DNA from: a virus
Lineage: Duplodnaviria; Heunggongvirae; Uroviricota; Caudoviricetes
DNA length: 64,000 nucleotides
Virus record (IMG/VR): IMGVR_UViG_3300013126_000013
Direction: 5' to 3' (one strand)
Positions 28,188 through 37,617 of this stretch are shown here, in pieces. How positions within the stretch are numbered: position 1 is the first letter of the stretch; every line of letters begins with the position of its first letter. The notes below the pieces were generated by a model. That model made no database searches. It was not told the origin of the DNA and saw nothing but the letters and a program-made list of their open reading frames with translations. The position numbers and the translations under genes are program-made.

Positions 28188-29312
28188 TCAGTCTTCCCTC
28201 TTACCTTTGCCCCAGTCGATCACAACCGGGAACCGCGGAACACCATCCGGTGTCGGAGTGAAGTAACGCAGAGTGACCCAATCAGGCTTCTCTTGCTTTT
28301 TCCACATCACGGCGAGGGTATCCATATCACCACGAACACCAGCTTGGAAGGTCTTCTCAGAGTTGAGACGAAGAACGAAGTGCTTCACGCAACCCTGCCA
28401 GTTGCCTTGACCTTCGAGAACCTCGACGACTTCAAACTCGTCAGTCAAGAACTCCTTACGCTTGAGCAGGTTCTTCGTACGTTTGTTCTCGTACGGCTTG
28501 TCGATACGAACCATTTGGCCTTCGTATCCATGCTCAAGGTAGCCTTCATACAGAGAGTCAAGCCCCGTGCGAGTGGGCACGTGCACCGTGGGTACGATCC
28601 GCACGTACTCGAGAGGAGCTTCATAGCGAAGCAGCTCACGTTTGCTGAAAGGAAGATCGGGTTGATCGAGAACGATCACATCGTACACATGGTACTGAAC
28701 AAGTTCTTTCGACTTCACAAGATCTTCTGCTTTCGGCTTGGTCTTGCGGACCATAGAGGTGATCGAGTTGAAGTCATCTTTGAGCTCATGATTGTAGAGC
28801 TCACCGTCAAGGATCATGTTCGGATGCTTCTCAAAGAAAGGTTGTAGGGACTCCCAGATATGAGGCACCGCAACGATCTCTTTGCCGGACCGAGTCCACA
28901 ACCCATCTTTGCGAGCGATGCACCGGATGCCATCGAGCTTCGGCTGAGCATACACATTACCAGCGGCGAAGTTCACTTCAACATCTTCGAACTTCTCAGC
29001 CAGCATGGGCTTGAACTTGTCGAAGGTGTCAACGTTTTTCAAGTCAGAGAAGTATCCACGGTCTTTCTTCTTCTGCACTTCAGACTGCATCTCAGACGTT
29101 GCTTGCTCTTCCAAAGAAGTCTCATTCGAGCGACCGACGTTCTTTTGCTCGACGAAGGTCCATTCGGAAGTCACTTTCTTCCCGTCTTCGAGACCAGCGA
29201 TCGAACGAAGACCCCAGCGAGTCCCGTCAGTGCCAGTCTCAGCGTACCACACTCGAACCTTCCCTTTGGAATCGAGCTTGTAGAGGGTTTCACTAGTGAG
29301 TACAGTTTTCAT
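28188..29312 (-). CDS. ATP-dependent DNA ligase
   Basis: KLDGIR motif I, EGQMVR motif IV, LLKRK motif V; 374 aa. Confidence 0.8.
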   Translation of the reverse strand: MKTVLTSETLYKLDSKGKVRVWYAETGTDGTRWGLRSIAGLEDGKKVTSEWTFVEQKNVGRSNETSLEEQATSEMQSEVQKKKDRGYFSDLKNVDTFDKFKPMLAEKFEDVEVNFAAGNVYAQPKLDGIRCIARKDGLWTRSGKEIVAVPHIWESLQPFFEKHPNMILDGELYNHELKDDFNSITSMVRKTKPKAEDLVKSKELVQYHVYDVIVLDQPDLPFSKRELLRYEAPLEYVRIVPTVHVPTRTGLDSLYEGYLEHGYEGQMVRIDKPYENKRTKNLLKRKEFLTDEFEVVEVLEGQGNWQGCVKHFVLRLNSEKTFQAGVRGDMDTLAVMWKKQEKPDWVTLRYFTPTPDGVPRFPVVIDWGKGKRED

Positions 29313-29313
29313 A

Positions 29314-29847
29314 TTATCTCCAGAAGTTGATCAGTTTGGTCCAGAACGATTCTTTGATGCCACGAGCTTCCTTCCACTTCTTCATCATGGAGTAGGACAC
29401 TTCTCGAGCTTCGACTTCCCACGGGAAGTTTCTGTATTGGTTATAAGTCGGTTTAGTCAAGATGTCAACAGAATAGTGTACACCTCGATAGATTTCGCTT
29501 CCATCATGAAGACGCTGAAAGTCTCCACGTACTTCTTGCATCACATGAGTCATCTCATGAAAGATCACCTCGAGAATCTTGTTCATCGGAACACCGCGAG
29601 AAATTTTGATGACGAATCTCAAAGGCTTGAGTTTGCCACGATCATCGTAGAACTGAGTTTTACAGTAACCACTGGTGAGTCCGAATCCATTAACGGATTC
29701 AACTTCATATGGAAACTTGACATATACCGTGTAGTCGTACTTGTCAAGTTTGTGTTCCTTGATGTAGAACTCAAACGCTTCATGGATAGTAGTCCACGCT
29801 TCTTCAGCGAAGAAAATTTTTGCGCCAAGATGTAGACGCACTTTCAT
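29314..29847 (-). CDS. HExxH zinc-metallopeptidase-like protein (SprT/WLM-like)
   Basis: FHEMTHVMQE motif. Confidence 0.4.
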   Translation of the reverse strand: MKVRLHLGAKIFFAEEAWTTIHEAFEFYIKEHKLDKYDYTVYVKFPYEVESVNGFGLTSGYCKTQFYDDRGKLKPLRFVIKISRGVPMNKILEVIFHEMTHVMQEVRGDFQRLHDGSEIYRGVHYSVDILTKPTYNQYRNFPWEVEAREVSYSMMKKWKEARGIKESFWTKLINFWR

Positions 29848-30386
29848 GAGTAGTTCCTCACGAAATTAGTGACATATTCGTCAGAAGCTTCACCCATGTC
29901 CTTGCCGTCTTCCATCACGTGATGACTTGTACCACACTTAGCAAGCTTACGACCAGCACGGTCATTATCGCATACGGCCACAACAGGGCGAGTACGTCTC
30001 GCCAGCCAAAGCCATCGAGCAAGAGAATCATCAACGTCGTTGCTAAGGGTAGCGACAGCACTGTACCCAAGAGAAGTAAGTCGAGCAGCATCGAAGACAC
30101 CTTCCGTTACAAAGAGAGTGTTTGAGAAAGACCATGACTCGAGACCCCAGACGCCGACGACTTTAGCCTTGCGCCATGTGAAGTAACGAGAGTCACGAGG
30201 ATGATTGTCTCTCTTCTTGTCAGCAGCATGACGATACTGCTGAAAGCCGACCATTTGGCCAGAGAGATTCCAGAGAGGAAACGTTGCGACACCTTCGTCT
30301 TCGTCAACCCAAGCCGTGTGCACGCTCAGATCGAAGTGTCTGGACTTGAGATTTTCGAGGACGGTCATGGTATCACCTTTGCTCAC
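29844..30386 (-). CDS. Toprim-domain protein (primase-core-like)
   Basis: VAVCDNDRAGRK DxD motif. Confidence 0.4.
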   Translation of the reverse strand: MSKGDTMTVLENLKSRHFDLSVHTAWVDEDEGVATFPLWNLSGQMVGFQQYRHAADKKRDNHPRDSRYFTWRKAKVVGVWGLESWSFSNTLFVTEGVFDAARLTSLGYSAVATLSNDVDDSLARWLWLARRTRPVVAVCDNDRAGRKLAKCGTSHHVMEDGKDMGEASDEYVTNFVRNYS

Positions 30387-30424
30387 TGATCAGGTATAAG
30401 CAATCGACAAGAGAATGTCAACTG
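30385..30424 (-). promoter_or_regulatory. phage promoter (TTGACAT family)
   Basis: GGTATAAGCAATCGACAAGAGAATGTCAACTG. Confidence 0.55.
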
Positions 30425-30949
30425 TTATTCTGCAGCTTCCATCAGATCTTTCACTGGAACAAACTTACCTTCGCGGAAGATGTGAGTGATCTTGTTCAGG
30501 CCTTGCTCGGCCACTTGCCTAATGCTAGCAGACCACACTTTTTTGATGGTGCCATCCATCTGCTTCTCTTTGCGTTCAACCGCAACTCTTCCGAGGATGC
30601 CGCCGTAAGTAAACCCAGCGACCACTCGATACTTCCCGGCCCGGCTTCCCGTCACTTGAACAAGATCGCCGACCTTCAGCACTTGGGCCTTGTTGAGCCA
30701 CTCACCTGTCTTGTCGAGAAGTTGCTTACGGTCTTTGTAAGCAGCACGATTTCGAGCCTCATCTTCCAGCTCGAAGACTCGAAGCTTTGAAGTCAGATCT
30801 TTCATCGTCTCAGCGTGTCGCTTCTTCTCAGCGGCGATGGCGTCTTTGAGTTGCTGCTTGTTCATATCACTGTACCTCGCCGAACGGCACGTCAACAGGC
30901 CAAGGTTCCCAGCAATACGCCGGATAGCCATACTTCTGGTCCCACTCAC
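30425..30949 (-). CDS. hypothetical protein (start possibly M29 at 30865, GAGGT RBS)
   Basis: ORF. Confidence 0.45.
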   Translation of the reverse strand: MSGTRSMAIRRIAGNLGLLTCRSARYSDMNKQQLKDAIAAEKKRHAETMKDLTSKLRVFELEDEARNRAAYKDRKQLLDKTGEWLNKAQVLKVGDLVQVTGSRAGKYRVVAGFTYGGILGRVAVERKEKQMDGTIKKVWSASIRQVAEQGLNKITHIFREGKFVPVKDLMEAAE

Positions 30950-31027
30950 TCATGAGTTTACCGTGATCGGTATAAACGGCATGAAGTTCCCATTTACCGT
31001 TTACCATCTTAAAAACTGGAAAGCACA

Positions 31028-31282
31028 TCATTTCCTCGCAAGTGCTAGAGAAGATCCATCTTTGAAGAACATCTTGAGACCAGACATGGTCTGGAACTCA
31101 TCATCTCGCATGTCGTACTCGAACTTCCATTCGTTTATCAATGCTTCCCATGCACCAGAGAAGGGAAAGTCATGGAGTTTGAAATGAGTGAACTGCGCGA
31201 GTTCAGCAATTCCAACTTTATTGAGAGCATTGAGAGGCCGGGTTGTAGAGACTTTGAAGACTTCAGACAGACGAACTTTCAT
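31028..31282 (-). CDS. hypothetical protein (84 aa)
   Basis: GGAG RBS. Confidence 0.4.
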   Translation of the reverse strand: MKVRLSEVFKVSTTRPLNALNKVGIAELAQFTHFKLHDFPFSGAWEALINEWKFEYDMRDDEFQTMSGLKMFFKDGSSLALARK

Positions 31283-31292
31283 GATGAACTCC

Positions 31293-31421
31293 TTAGATCA
31301 GGCCAGTGACAACTTCGAGAACAACGCGGTTGATTGCCGCAGTCAGAGGATCGTAGATAGACGCAAGATGAGCGCAGTAGCACACGATGGCGGTGTTGAG
31401 GACGATCATGAAGGTTTTCAT
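31293..31421 (-). CDS. small membrane protein (42 aa)
   Basis: sub-threshold ORF MKTFMIVLNTAIVCYCAHLASIYDPLTAAINRVVLEVVTGLI, AGGTGA RBS. Confidence 0.3.
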   Translation of the reverse strand: MKTFMIVLNTAIVCYCAHLASIYDPLTAAINRVVLEVVTGLI

Positions 31422-31439
31422 TGTGTCACCTATTGTTGC

Positions 31440-31482
31440 CTTATAGATATGTTCTATACAGTTCTTCAGGTGATGTCAACAA
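31440..31482 (-). promoter_or_regulatory. phage promoter (TTGACAT family)
   Basis: TTATAGATATGTTCTATACAG..GTGATGTCAACAAAAAAAG. Confidence 0.55.
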
Positions 31483-31528
31483 AAAAAGAGCGCTTCGGCG
31501 CTCTTTTTCTGCACTTTTTTCATGTGCC

Positions 31529-32461
31529 TTACTTTTGTGCCATGTCCATGAATGGAACAGTCGAACCCGGGATCATAGTCGTCGGAAGCTTACCGTCCCA
31601 GCGCTCAGCTTGAGTCAGTGCGATCAGGCCGGCGTTGTCACGAAGAGCGTCAGCTTTTGCTCGGATCGCAGCAGCTTCAGCATCACCACGAAGACGAGTT
31701 GCTTCAGCCGCAGCTTTTGCCTGAGCCAGTTGAGCGTCAGCTTGCGCTTGTGCTTGAGTCACGACGATCTCAGCCTGAACCTTTTCACGCTCAGCGTTCT
31801 GACGAACCTTTGCGACTTCGACTTCAGCCTTCATACGATCAGCAACAGCCTCGACATAGTCTTCGGAGAACTTTGCGCCTTCGACCTGCACCGACTCGAT
31901 GATCACGGGACCAACGACACTCGACTGAAGAGCGGTTTGGATCTCAGCCGAGATACGTTCCCACTCGTTGATCGCAGTCGCAGCGGTGAACTTACCGAAG
32001 ACGTTCTTCGATGCTTCAAGCGCTTGACGATCGAGCAGTCGAGCCAAAAGGCCGTCTTCACCGCCGTACTCGCTATAGACTTTCTCGACCTGATCAGGCG
32101 GAAGACGATAGTTGACCGAGACAGTCAGGGTCGCTCGCTGTTGGTCTTTCGAGAACACGATCATGTCTTCATAGACGCGAGCGTTCGAACGAACCGAGAT
32201 CTCTTTGATCGAGTCGACGATCGGAAGCTTGAAGCCGAGCCCGGGTTCAGCCGTGCCAACGACTGCGCCGTTGCGCAGGATAACGCCGCGATCACCTGAG
32301 TCGATCGTATAGAAGGAACCACCAACGATGGTGAGAGCGAAGAGGCCGATGACAACTGCGGTGCTGCCGGCGATAATGGTACGTGCGTTCATGATCTTTT
32401 CCTTGGGTTTTTCAAAAGTAGAAGTACGTTGAGGGCGACGATCGAATGGTGACTTAATCAT
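31529..32461 (-). CDS. SPFH/band-7 (HflC/HflK/prohibitin-like) membrane protein
   Basis: N-terminal TM, SPFH core (RGVILRNGAVVGTAEPGLGFKLPIVDSIKEISVR), Ala-rich coiled coil. Confidence 0.7.
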   Translation of the reverse strand: MIKSPFDRRPQRTSTFEKPKEKIMNARTIIAGSTAVVIGLFALTIVGGSFYTIDSGDRGVILRNGAVVGTAEPGLGFKLPIVDSIKEISVRSNARVYEDMIVFSKDQQRATLTVSVNYRLPPDQVEKVYSEYGGEDGLLARLLDRQALEASKNVFGKFTAATAINEWERISAEIQTALQSSVVGPVIIESVQVEGAKFSEDYVEAVADRMKAEVEVAKVRQNAEREKVQAEIVVTQAQAQADAQLAQAKAAAEATRLRGDAEAAAIRAKADALRDNAGLIALTQAERWDGKLPTTMIPGSTVPFMDMAQK

Positions 32462-32597
32462 TTTCGTCGATCACCGTTTCATTACCGTCTTTGTCGACTT
32501 CATAGCGATAGCTACGAATCTTTACACGAGTCAGAAGGGCATAGACGCCCACGCCGATAAGCGCAGCGACAACACACATTCCGATAAAGGTTACCAT
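32454..32597 (-). CDS. small membrane protein (47 aa)
   Basis: sub-threshold ORF with GGAG RBS, ATGA overlap with SPFH gene. Confidence 0.3.
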   Translation of the reverse strand: MVTFIGMCVVAALIGVGVYALLTRVKIRSYRYEVDKDGNETVIDEND

Positions 32598-32599
32598 GT

Positions 32600-32872
32600 T
32601 CAACTCCAATCCATTTCGATTTCACGAGACTCTTGCCCGGATTTCAGCACTTCTCCGCTGAGACAAATGGAACCCGGGCCTTTCCACGTCCAGTTCATTC
32701 CGGTACGCCATGTGTTCTTCACAGCCATACCGTTATCACGAAAGTCGCCGATGCAGAGACCATATGCGTAGTAGCTTGCGTCGACGAGAGGAACGATGAC
32801 TCCGGCTTCCATGTCTTTGATGACAGAGTTGCGAAGGTTAACTCGTTCTTCCATCGTGAGAGTCTTGTTCAT
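32600..32872 (-). CDS. hypothetical protein (90 aa; ORF shortened to start after internal promoter)
   Basis: GGAAGAAGAGGA RBS before M40 of listed ORF. Confidence 0.4.
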   Translation of the reverse strand: MNKTLTMEERVNLRNSVIKDMEAGVIVPLVDASYYAYGLCIGDFRDNGMAVKNTWRTGMNWTWKGPGSICLSGEVLKSGQESREIEMDWS

Positions 32873-32889
32873 CTGTTCCTCTTCTTCCT

Positions 32890-32931
32890 TACAAGATAGA
32901 TATAATCTATCCTTCAGGAATGTCAACCACT
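32890..32931 (-). promoter_or_regulatory. phage promoter (TTGACAT family)
   Basis: CAAGATAGATATAATCTATCCTTCAGGAATGTCAACC. Confidence 0.6.
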
Positions 32932-33305
32932 TTTTTGTTGCGAAACGAAATTTTTCCTGCCCATGCTGCAGCGCAGTAGAACGTATCACCTACTTCGAGC
33001 TGGAACCCATTGAACTGAAACCGCTTGATCACACGATCTCCGTTCCAGCATGCGTACTCTGGAATGTCAATGTAGCCATGAGCTTTCAGCAATCGACGAA
33101 CTTCATCGAACGCAGGATGATCCTTGAAAGCAGCTATGGTGCCATAGTGACCTTCGAACTCGTAACGGATCAAGCAATCTGTTACGAGTTCATCGGGAAT
33201 CACCACTTTGGGATTCTCGATAGGCGGCTTTGGTGTGTGTTCAGAGAGGACGCGATCAGCGATCTCTTCTAACAGATGGGCTGGAAGTACGTTGTTCCAC
33301 GACAT
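32907..33305 (-). CDS. hypothetical protein (132 aa)
   Basis: ORF. Confidence 0.45.
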   Translation of the reverse strand: MSWNNVLPAHLLEEIADRVLSEHTPKPPIENPKVVIPDELVTDCLIRYEFEGHYGTIAAFKDHPAFDEVRRLLKAHGYIDIPEYACWNGDRVIKRFQFNGFQLEVGDTFYCAAAWAGKISFRNKKVVDIPEG

Positions 33306-33865
33306 CAGTCAGCGAACTCCTTGAGAAGTACCTTTGCCTGTGCGGTGATGTCCTCAAAGGCAATAGGTGTATAGTTGATCACCTCAACCGAGACGTTGAT
33401 GTAACGACCAACTGGTGTTGGGTTACCATGGATATGCCCATGGATGTTGCAGAAGAAGTTTTTGCTTCCCGGAGCACCGACCTCATGTTGCGAAGGATGA
33501 AGCGGGATATGAGAAATATGGATCTTTTCGTCACGGAACTTACGCTCAAGATACACTTCCTTGAAAAATCCACCGCTCGACAAATAGCGAATATCGTCGT
33601 GGTTACCAACAATCAATCGCTTACTACCGTTGAGCTTTGGCCACATCTTCGCAAAACGATCTTTGTCGCCAAACATGACGTCACCGAGATGATAAACCTT
33701 ATCACCGTTCTTTACAACAGAGTTCCAGTTCTCAACCATGCACTCGTCCATCTCATCAACATTTGCAAACCCTGGACGAACTTTGAGTCCAGTGCGAGAG
33801 TCGATAAAGTTCAAGATGTTTGCATGACCGAAGTGAGTGTCACTGATTAGCCAAATATTACTCAT
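33305..33865 (-). CDS. calcineurin-like metallophosphoesterase
   Basis: ISDTHFGH, GNHDD motifs; start set at MSNIW (AGGAA RBS). Confidence 0.6.
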   Translation of the reverse strand: MSNIWLISDTHFGHANILNFIDSRTGLKVRPGFANVDEMDECMVENWNSVVKNGDKVYHLGDVMFGDKDRFAKMWPKLNGSKRLIVGNHDDIRYLSSGGFFKEVYLERKFRDEKIHISHIPLHPSQHEVGAPGSKNFFCNIHGHIHGNPTPVGRYINVSVEVINYTPIAFEDITAQAKVLLKEFAD

Positions 33866-33905
33866 ATTATATTCCTTTGAGAAGAGGTGGAGCCGAAGCT
33901 CCACC

Positions 33906-34022
33906 TCATTTTTGTTTTAGACGATCGCAAAGTTCCAATTGTTTGCTCAACTGGTTTCGAAGATCGTTTGCTTTCCATACTGCAGCCATCCACTCTACAT
34001 ATTCTTTCGAGCGAGTATCCAT
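33906..34022 (-). CDS. small hypothetical protein (38 aa)
   Basis: sub-threshold ORF, AGGAAGGTG RBS, ATGA coupling to nadV stop. Confidence 0.3.
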   Translation of the reverse strand: MDTRSKEYVEWMAAVWKANDLRNQLSKQLELCDRLKQK

Positions 34023-35449
34023 CATACACCTTCCTTTGCACGTTCACGAATAGTTGCGAAGTCGTCTTCGATCAAAATAATACCGTTGTGGTATACTTTA
34101 CGAAGAAGGTTCTTTGCTGCGAACTCCCAGACGTAGTCTTCTGGTACAGTATGAATGTACGGGTTTACACCAAAGCCAGCCTCTTTCACGAGAGCCAAAC
34201 GACCCTCTTTCGACTTCTTACCGTGGTCAGTGATTGGATCTTTCGAGAATCCTTTCCATTCGCCGTTAGCGCCTTTGATCGCCGAAGCTTTCATAGCATA
34301 CTTAAGAGTATCACGGTTCCAAGCCTGCAGAAGACCACCACCCATACCGAATGCAATGTTATCGGCAGAAATGTTTTTCGCGATCATATTTTCCAGAATA
34401 ATGGGCAACGACTTCTCGTTAATACCATCACCCTGAATTACACGAATGTAAGGAGGAAGAACTTTGAAACCCTTACTGTTCACGGTGTAACCAAACTTCT
34501 CCATCAAGATCTCGATGATTTCGACTGGAACAGTCTCAGGGTCACCAGAGTCAGGGCGTACCACCAAGGTGCCGCCAGAAGCAATAATCTTATCTTTCAG
34601 AGCAGTACCCCAAAGATCTGAACATGCTTTGTAGATGTCGAAGCTGTCAGATACGCAAGCATAAAGTTTACCTTCACCTGCGAACTGATTAATCATGTTG
34701 TCGTAAGCTTTCACTTCGTCTTCTCGACCCCAAGAAGTGATCGTCGAGTGTTCAGAAGCAGGAATCGAAAAGCCAACGACTTCATCAGTGTTGTAGTATT
34801 CCATAACCCCGACAAGTGCTTCAGCCGTGTCAGTGCCCCAGAAGTTCACGAGGTGAGCCATACCACCAAGGATTGCGGTCTCACTTGAAGAAGCACCACG
34901 AGCACCGAAGTCATGCAACTTAAAGTTGATCTGAGCTTCTACCGGAACGTCAGACGTTTTCAATAGAGCAGCTTTGATGATCTTCTTCATCTTACGTGAC
35001 TTAGTCGCAACAGTCGAAGGGTACCAGACACCGCGCAGAAGTGCAGTCTCGAGGTATGAGGTCAGCCACCACAGGCGAGGATCAGTGTTCACCACCTGCA
35101 CCTGAACGTTGTGAGTCGGCATAACCGTACCTTCAGGAACAGCTTCGATTTCAACAGGAAGCATGCCATCATATTCGTTGACGATAACTTCCCAGCCTTC
35201 ACGGTTGAAAGGTAGACCGTGTGCAGTTACGATCTTCTCAGCACGGTCGACGTCCTCCATCGTGATAGGAGTCGTCATGTAGTCTTTCATGAAAGCCTGA
35301 AGACCGAAAAAGACCGATTCATCTTCGCCACCACGAGATTCGATGTACGAAGACACATGAGTCGTGCCGGCAGGATACTGCACCCACTGTGAAAATTTGT
35401 AGCTGTCAGTGCGGATAATTGCGGAGATTAGATTTAGTACGTTTTTCAT
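34022..35449 (-). CDS. nadV: nicotinamide phosphoribosyltransferase
   Basis: N-terminal IIRTDSYKFSQWVQYP hallmark of NAMPT; 475 aa. Confidence 0.8.
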   Translation of the reverse strand: MKNVLNLISAIIRTDSYKFSQWVQYPAGTTHVSSYIESRGGEDESVFFGLQAFMKDYMTTPITMEDVDRAEKIVTAHGLPFNREGWEVIVNEYDGMLPVEIEAVPEGTVMPTHNVQVQVVNTDPRLWWLTSYLETALLRGVWYPSTVATKSRKMKKIIKAALLKTSDVPVEAQINFKLHDFGARGASSSETAILGGMAHLVNFWGTDTAEALVGVMEYYNTDEVVGFSIPASEHSTITSWGREDEVKAYDNMINQFAGEGKLYACVSDSFDIYKACSDLWGTALKDKIIASGGTLVVRPDSGDPETVPVEIIEILMEKFGYTVNSKGFKVLPPYIRVIQGDGINEKSLPIILENMIAKNISADNIAFGMGGGLLQAWNRDTLKYAMKASAIKGANGEWKGFSKDPITDHGKKSKEGRLALVKEAGFGVNPYIHTVPEDYVWEFAAKNLLRKVYHNGIILIEDDFATIRERAKEGV

Positions 35450-35510
35450 AATAGAGCTCCTCTATTGTTAGGTTGATGCCAACTCTCTCTGAGCTGGGCT
35501 TTATCGGTTA

Positions 35511-36524
35511 TTAGCCGATATTGATAAAGTTGTCGATGATGTGGAAGTGATCCTCAAACATTTTTTCTTGTTTGACCTTGTTAAAGGGCACCCAGAACGC
35601 TTTAGCTGCATCATCAGAACCTTTCACTTTCGGCAGTTCGCCGACACCAAGATCGATCAAGAACGCTTGAGTGATAGTGCGGCCACGAGAAGAACGATTC
35701 GGAGCATCGAAGGTCTTAGACTCTTTGATAGAACCCTTCAGAACAGGAAGGGGAACCTTGATCTTGGTTTCTTCCTTGAGCTCACGGATAGCACCATCGA
35801 GCATTGTCTCTTCTTGGTTCAAGAACCCGCCCGGAAGAGCCCAAAGCCCTTTGCCCGGCATGTCACCGCGCTCGACAAGAAGGATGTGACCCGATTGTAC
35901 AACGACCGCGTCGACAGTCATGAACGTCGGAGGGAATGGCGCAGCTTTCCAAGCCTCCTTGTACTTCTTGACCATTTGGTATTCGTTGTACAGAGTATCC
36001 CAGTAGCCACCGATCTTTCCACCTGCGATGATGACTCTGTTCATTGCATCACGTGCAGCGTCAGGCATATTGTCAAGAGCCGCGAAGTCGCAGTTGCCGA
36101 ACAGGCAGTTACGAATGTCGGTCGCGTTGATACCACCAACGTCTGCGACTTCCACGTGGTTCTTCCAACGCGGGAAGATTTCCAAGTAGTAGCTGGTGCT
36201 ATCCTTCGAGTGACCGATCAGACCGATGTCTTCAGCATCAGGCACAGTGGATTCAACGATTCGCATAATCGCATTGATCCACTTGTTATCATCATACGGG
36301 TAGTCAGAGACTGGAACGACTTTTACACGATCAGTCGGGAACACCGCTTCGATCATCGCCTTGCGTTCTTGGAATGTAAAAGGATTTCGAATGTTGCGAG
36401 CTGCGAAACTGGAACCGACGACTACGACGACTTCCTTTGCTTGCTCAAGCGCGGCTTCGATAACCGCTTTGTGTCCATTGTGGAAGGGCTGGAACCGCCC
36501 GATAAAAACGAGTGCGTCACGCAT
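35511..36524 (-). CDS. natV: bifunctional NMN adenylyltransferase / Nudix hydrolase
   Basis: FIGRFQPFHNGH (H/T)xGH motif; Nudix box GGFLNQEETMLDGAIRELKEETKI; start at MRDALVFIG (AAGGAG RBS). Confidence 0.8.
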   Translation of the reverse strand: MRDALVFIGRFQPFHNGHKAVIEAALEQAKEVVVVVGSSFAARNIRNPFTFQERKAMIEAVFPTDRVKVVPVSDYPYDDNKWINAIMRIVESTVPDAEDIGLIGHSKDSTSYYLEIFPRWKNHVEVADVGGINATDIRNCLFGNCDFAALDNMPDAARDAMNRVIIAGGKIGGYWDTLYNEYQMVKKYKEAWKAAPFPPTFMTVDAVVVQSGHILLVERGDMPGKGLWALPGGFLNQEETMLDGAIRELKEETKIKVPLPVLKGSIKESKTFDAPNRSSRGRTITQAFLIDLGVGELPKVKGSDDAAKAFWVPFNKVKQEKMFEDHFHIIDNFINIG

Positions 36525-36564
36525 GCAAAAACTCCTTTTGCTACTATGTAGGAGCCTCACTGGC

Positions 36565-36606
36565 TCCTACTTCTATTTATATCACAAGTTAATCAGATGT
36601 CAACTT
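36565..36606 (-). promoter_or_regulatory. phage promoter (TTGACAT family)
   Basis: CTTCTATTTATATCACAAGTTAATCAGATGTCAACTT. Confidence 0.55.
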
Positions 36607-36761
36607 ATTTTTCATTCCGGCTCCATAACCAACATCATATGCAGCCTCTAGCCACCGAGTAATAATCTCAATGTTATCACCTTGGTAATCATTCAGATCT
36701 TCGTACAGCCGCTCGAGACGGCTGCTAAAGACTTCTGTCTCGTTTAACCACTCTTCAAAGG

Positions 36762-37288
36762 TCACTGCTTAATTCCCTTTTCGGCGATGGTATTACCAAA
36801 AAGATCGACGATGAGAATGTAGTCGAAGCCTTCATCAAGTTCAGGCTCAACATAAGAGTCAGCCATCGCTTTGATGATGTGATGAGGGATCGTCTTACCT
36901 TCGCGAAAAAGAAGACGAATTTCAAGTTCGGCCCACTCTTCAGGGGTGCGAGGAGGAGCGATGCATCGACAAGACTTGCGATACGCCTTTGGGAACTTTG
37001 ATAAGATGCCTCGCCGCTTCTTTGGCGACATGTTTGTCTGATCCCAGTAGACGTTAACACCAGCTGAAACAATCGCGTTCAGCACATCATTCATGTGCTT
37101 TGTAGCTGCTGCAATATTATCTTGAAACACATCGTTGTACGTAAGACCAAGTTCTTTAGCTTTGTCTTCGATGTAGTTATCAGTGCTGTAGACGAATACG
37201 TCACCGCCGAACTCAGGATCATCAACAAACGACAAGAAAGTCGACTTACCAGAACCCGGGAGTCCAACAAGAACTTCAACCTTAGACA
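36762..37288 (-). CDS. P-loop polynucleotide-kinase-like protein (T4 Pnk kinase-domain-like)
   Basis: MSKVEVLVGLPGSGKSTF Walker A at N-terminus (cf. T4 Pnk); start moved to M37. Confidence 0.5.
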
Positions 37289-37560
37289 TATTCATCTTCC
37301 ACTTCATCCTTGAAGACTTCGGTGAAGACCGCTTCGCCGTACTCACCAGTTGTGTACAGACCCAGTTCCCAGAACCGAGCCATAAGTTTCGCATCAGCTT
37401 CGTTCTTGATATACATCGTATTCACGAGTTCACCGTTCGGAAGACCCGAGACACTCGAGAAGAAGTCAACGACGTAGATCGTCTTGATGATAGAGCCGTC
37501 GAAGTCGCCGTAGCAAACATCGACATCAACTTCTTCAGGGGTCACGATCGCGATAGCCAT
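37282..37560 (-). CDS. hypothetical protein (92 aa)
   Basis: ORF. Confidence 0.4.
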   Translation of the reverse strand: MAIAIVTPEEVDVDVCYGDFDGSIIKTIYVVDFFSSVSGLPNGELVNTMYIKNEADAKLMARFWELGLYTTGEYGEAVFTEVFKDEVEDEYV

Positions 37561-37574
37561 GTTGTTCTCCGTTG

Positions 37575-37617
37575 CTTACTAGTTAGATATAAGCAACGGA
37601 GAAGCAAATGTCAACCT
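37575..37617 (-). promoter_or_regulatory. phage promoter (extended consensus copy)
   Basis: GTTGCTTACTAGTTAGATATAAGCAACGGAGAAGCAAATGTCAACC. Confidence 0.6.
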
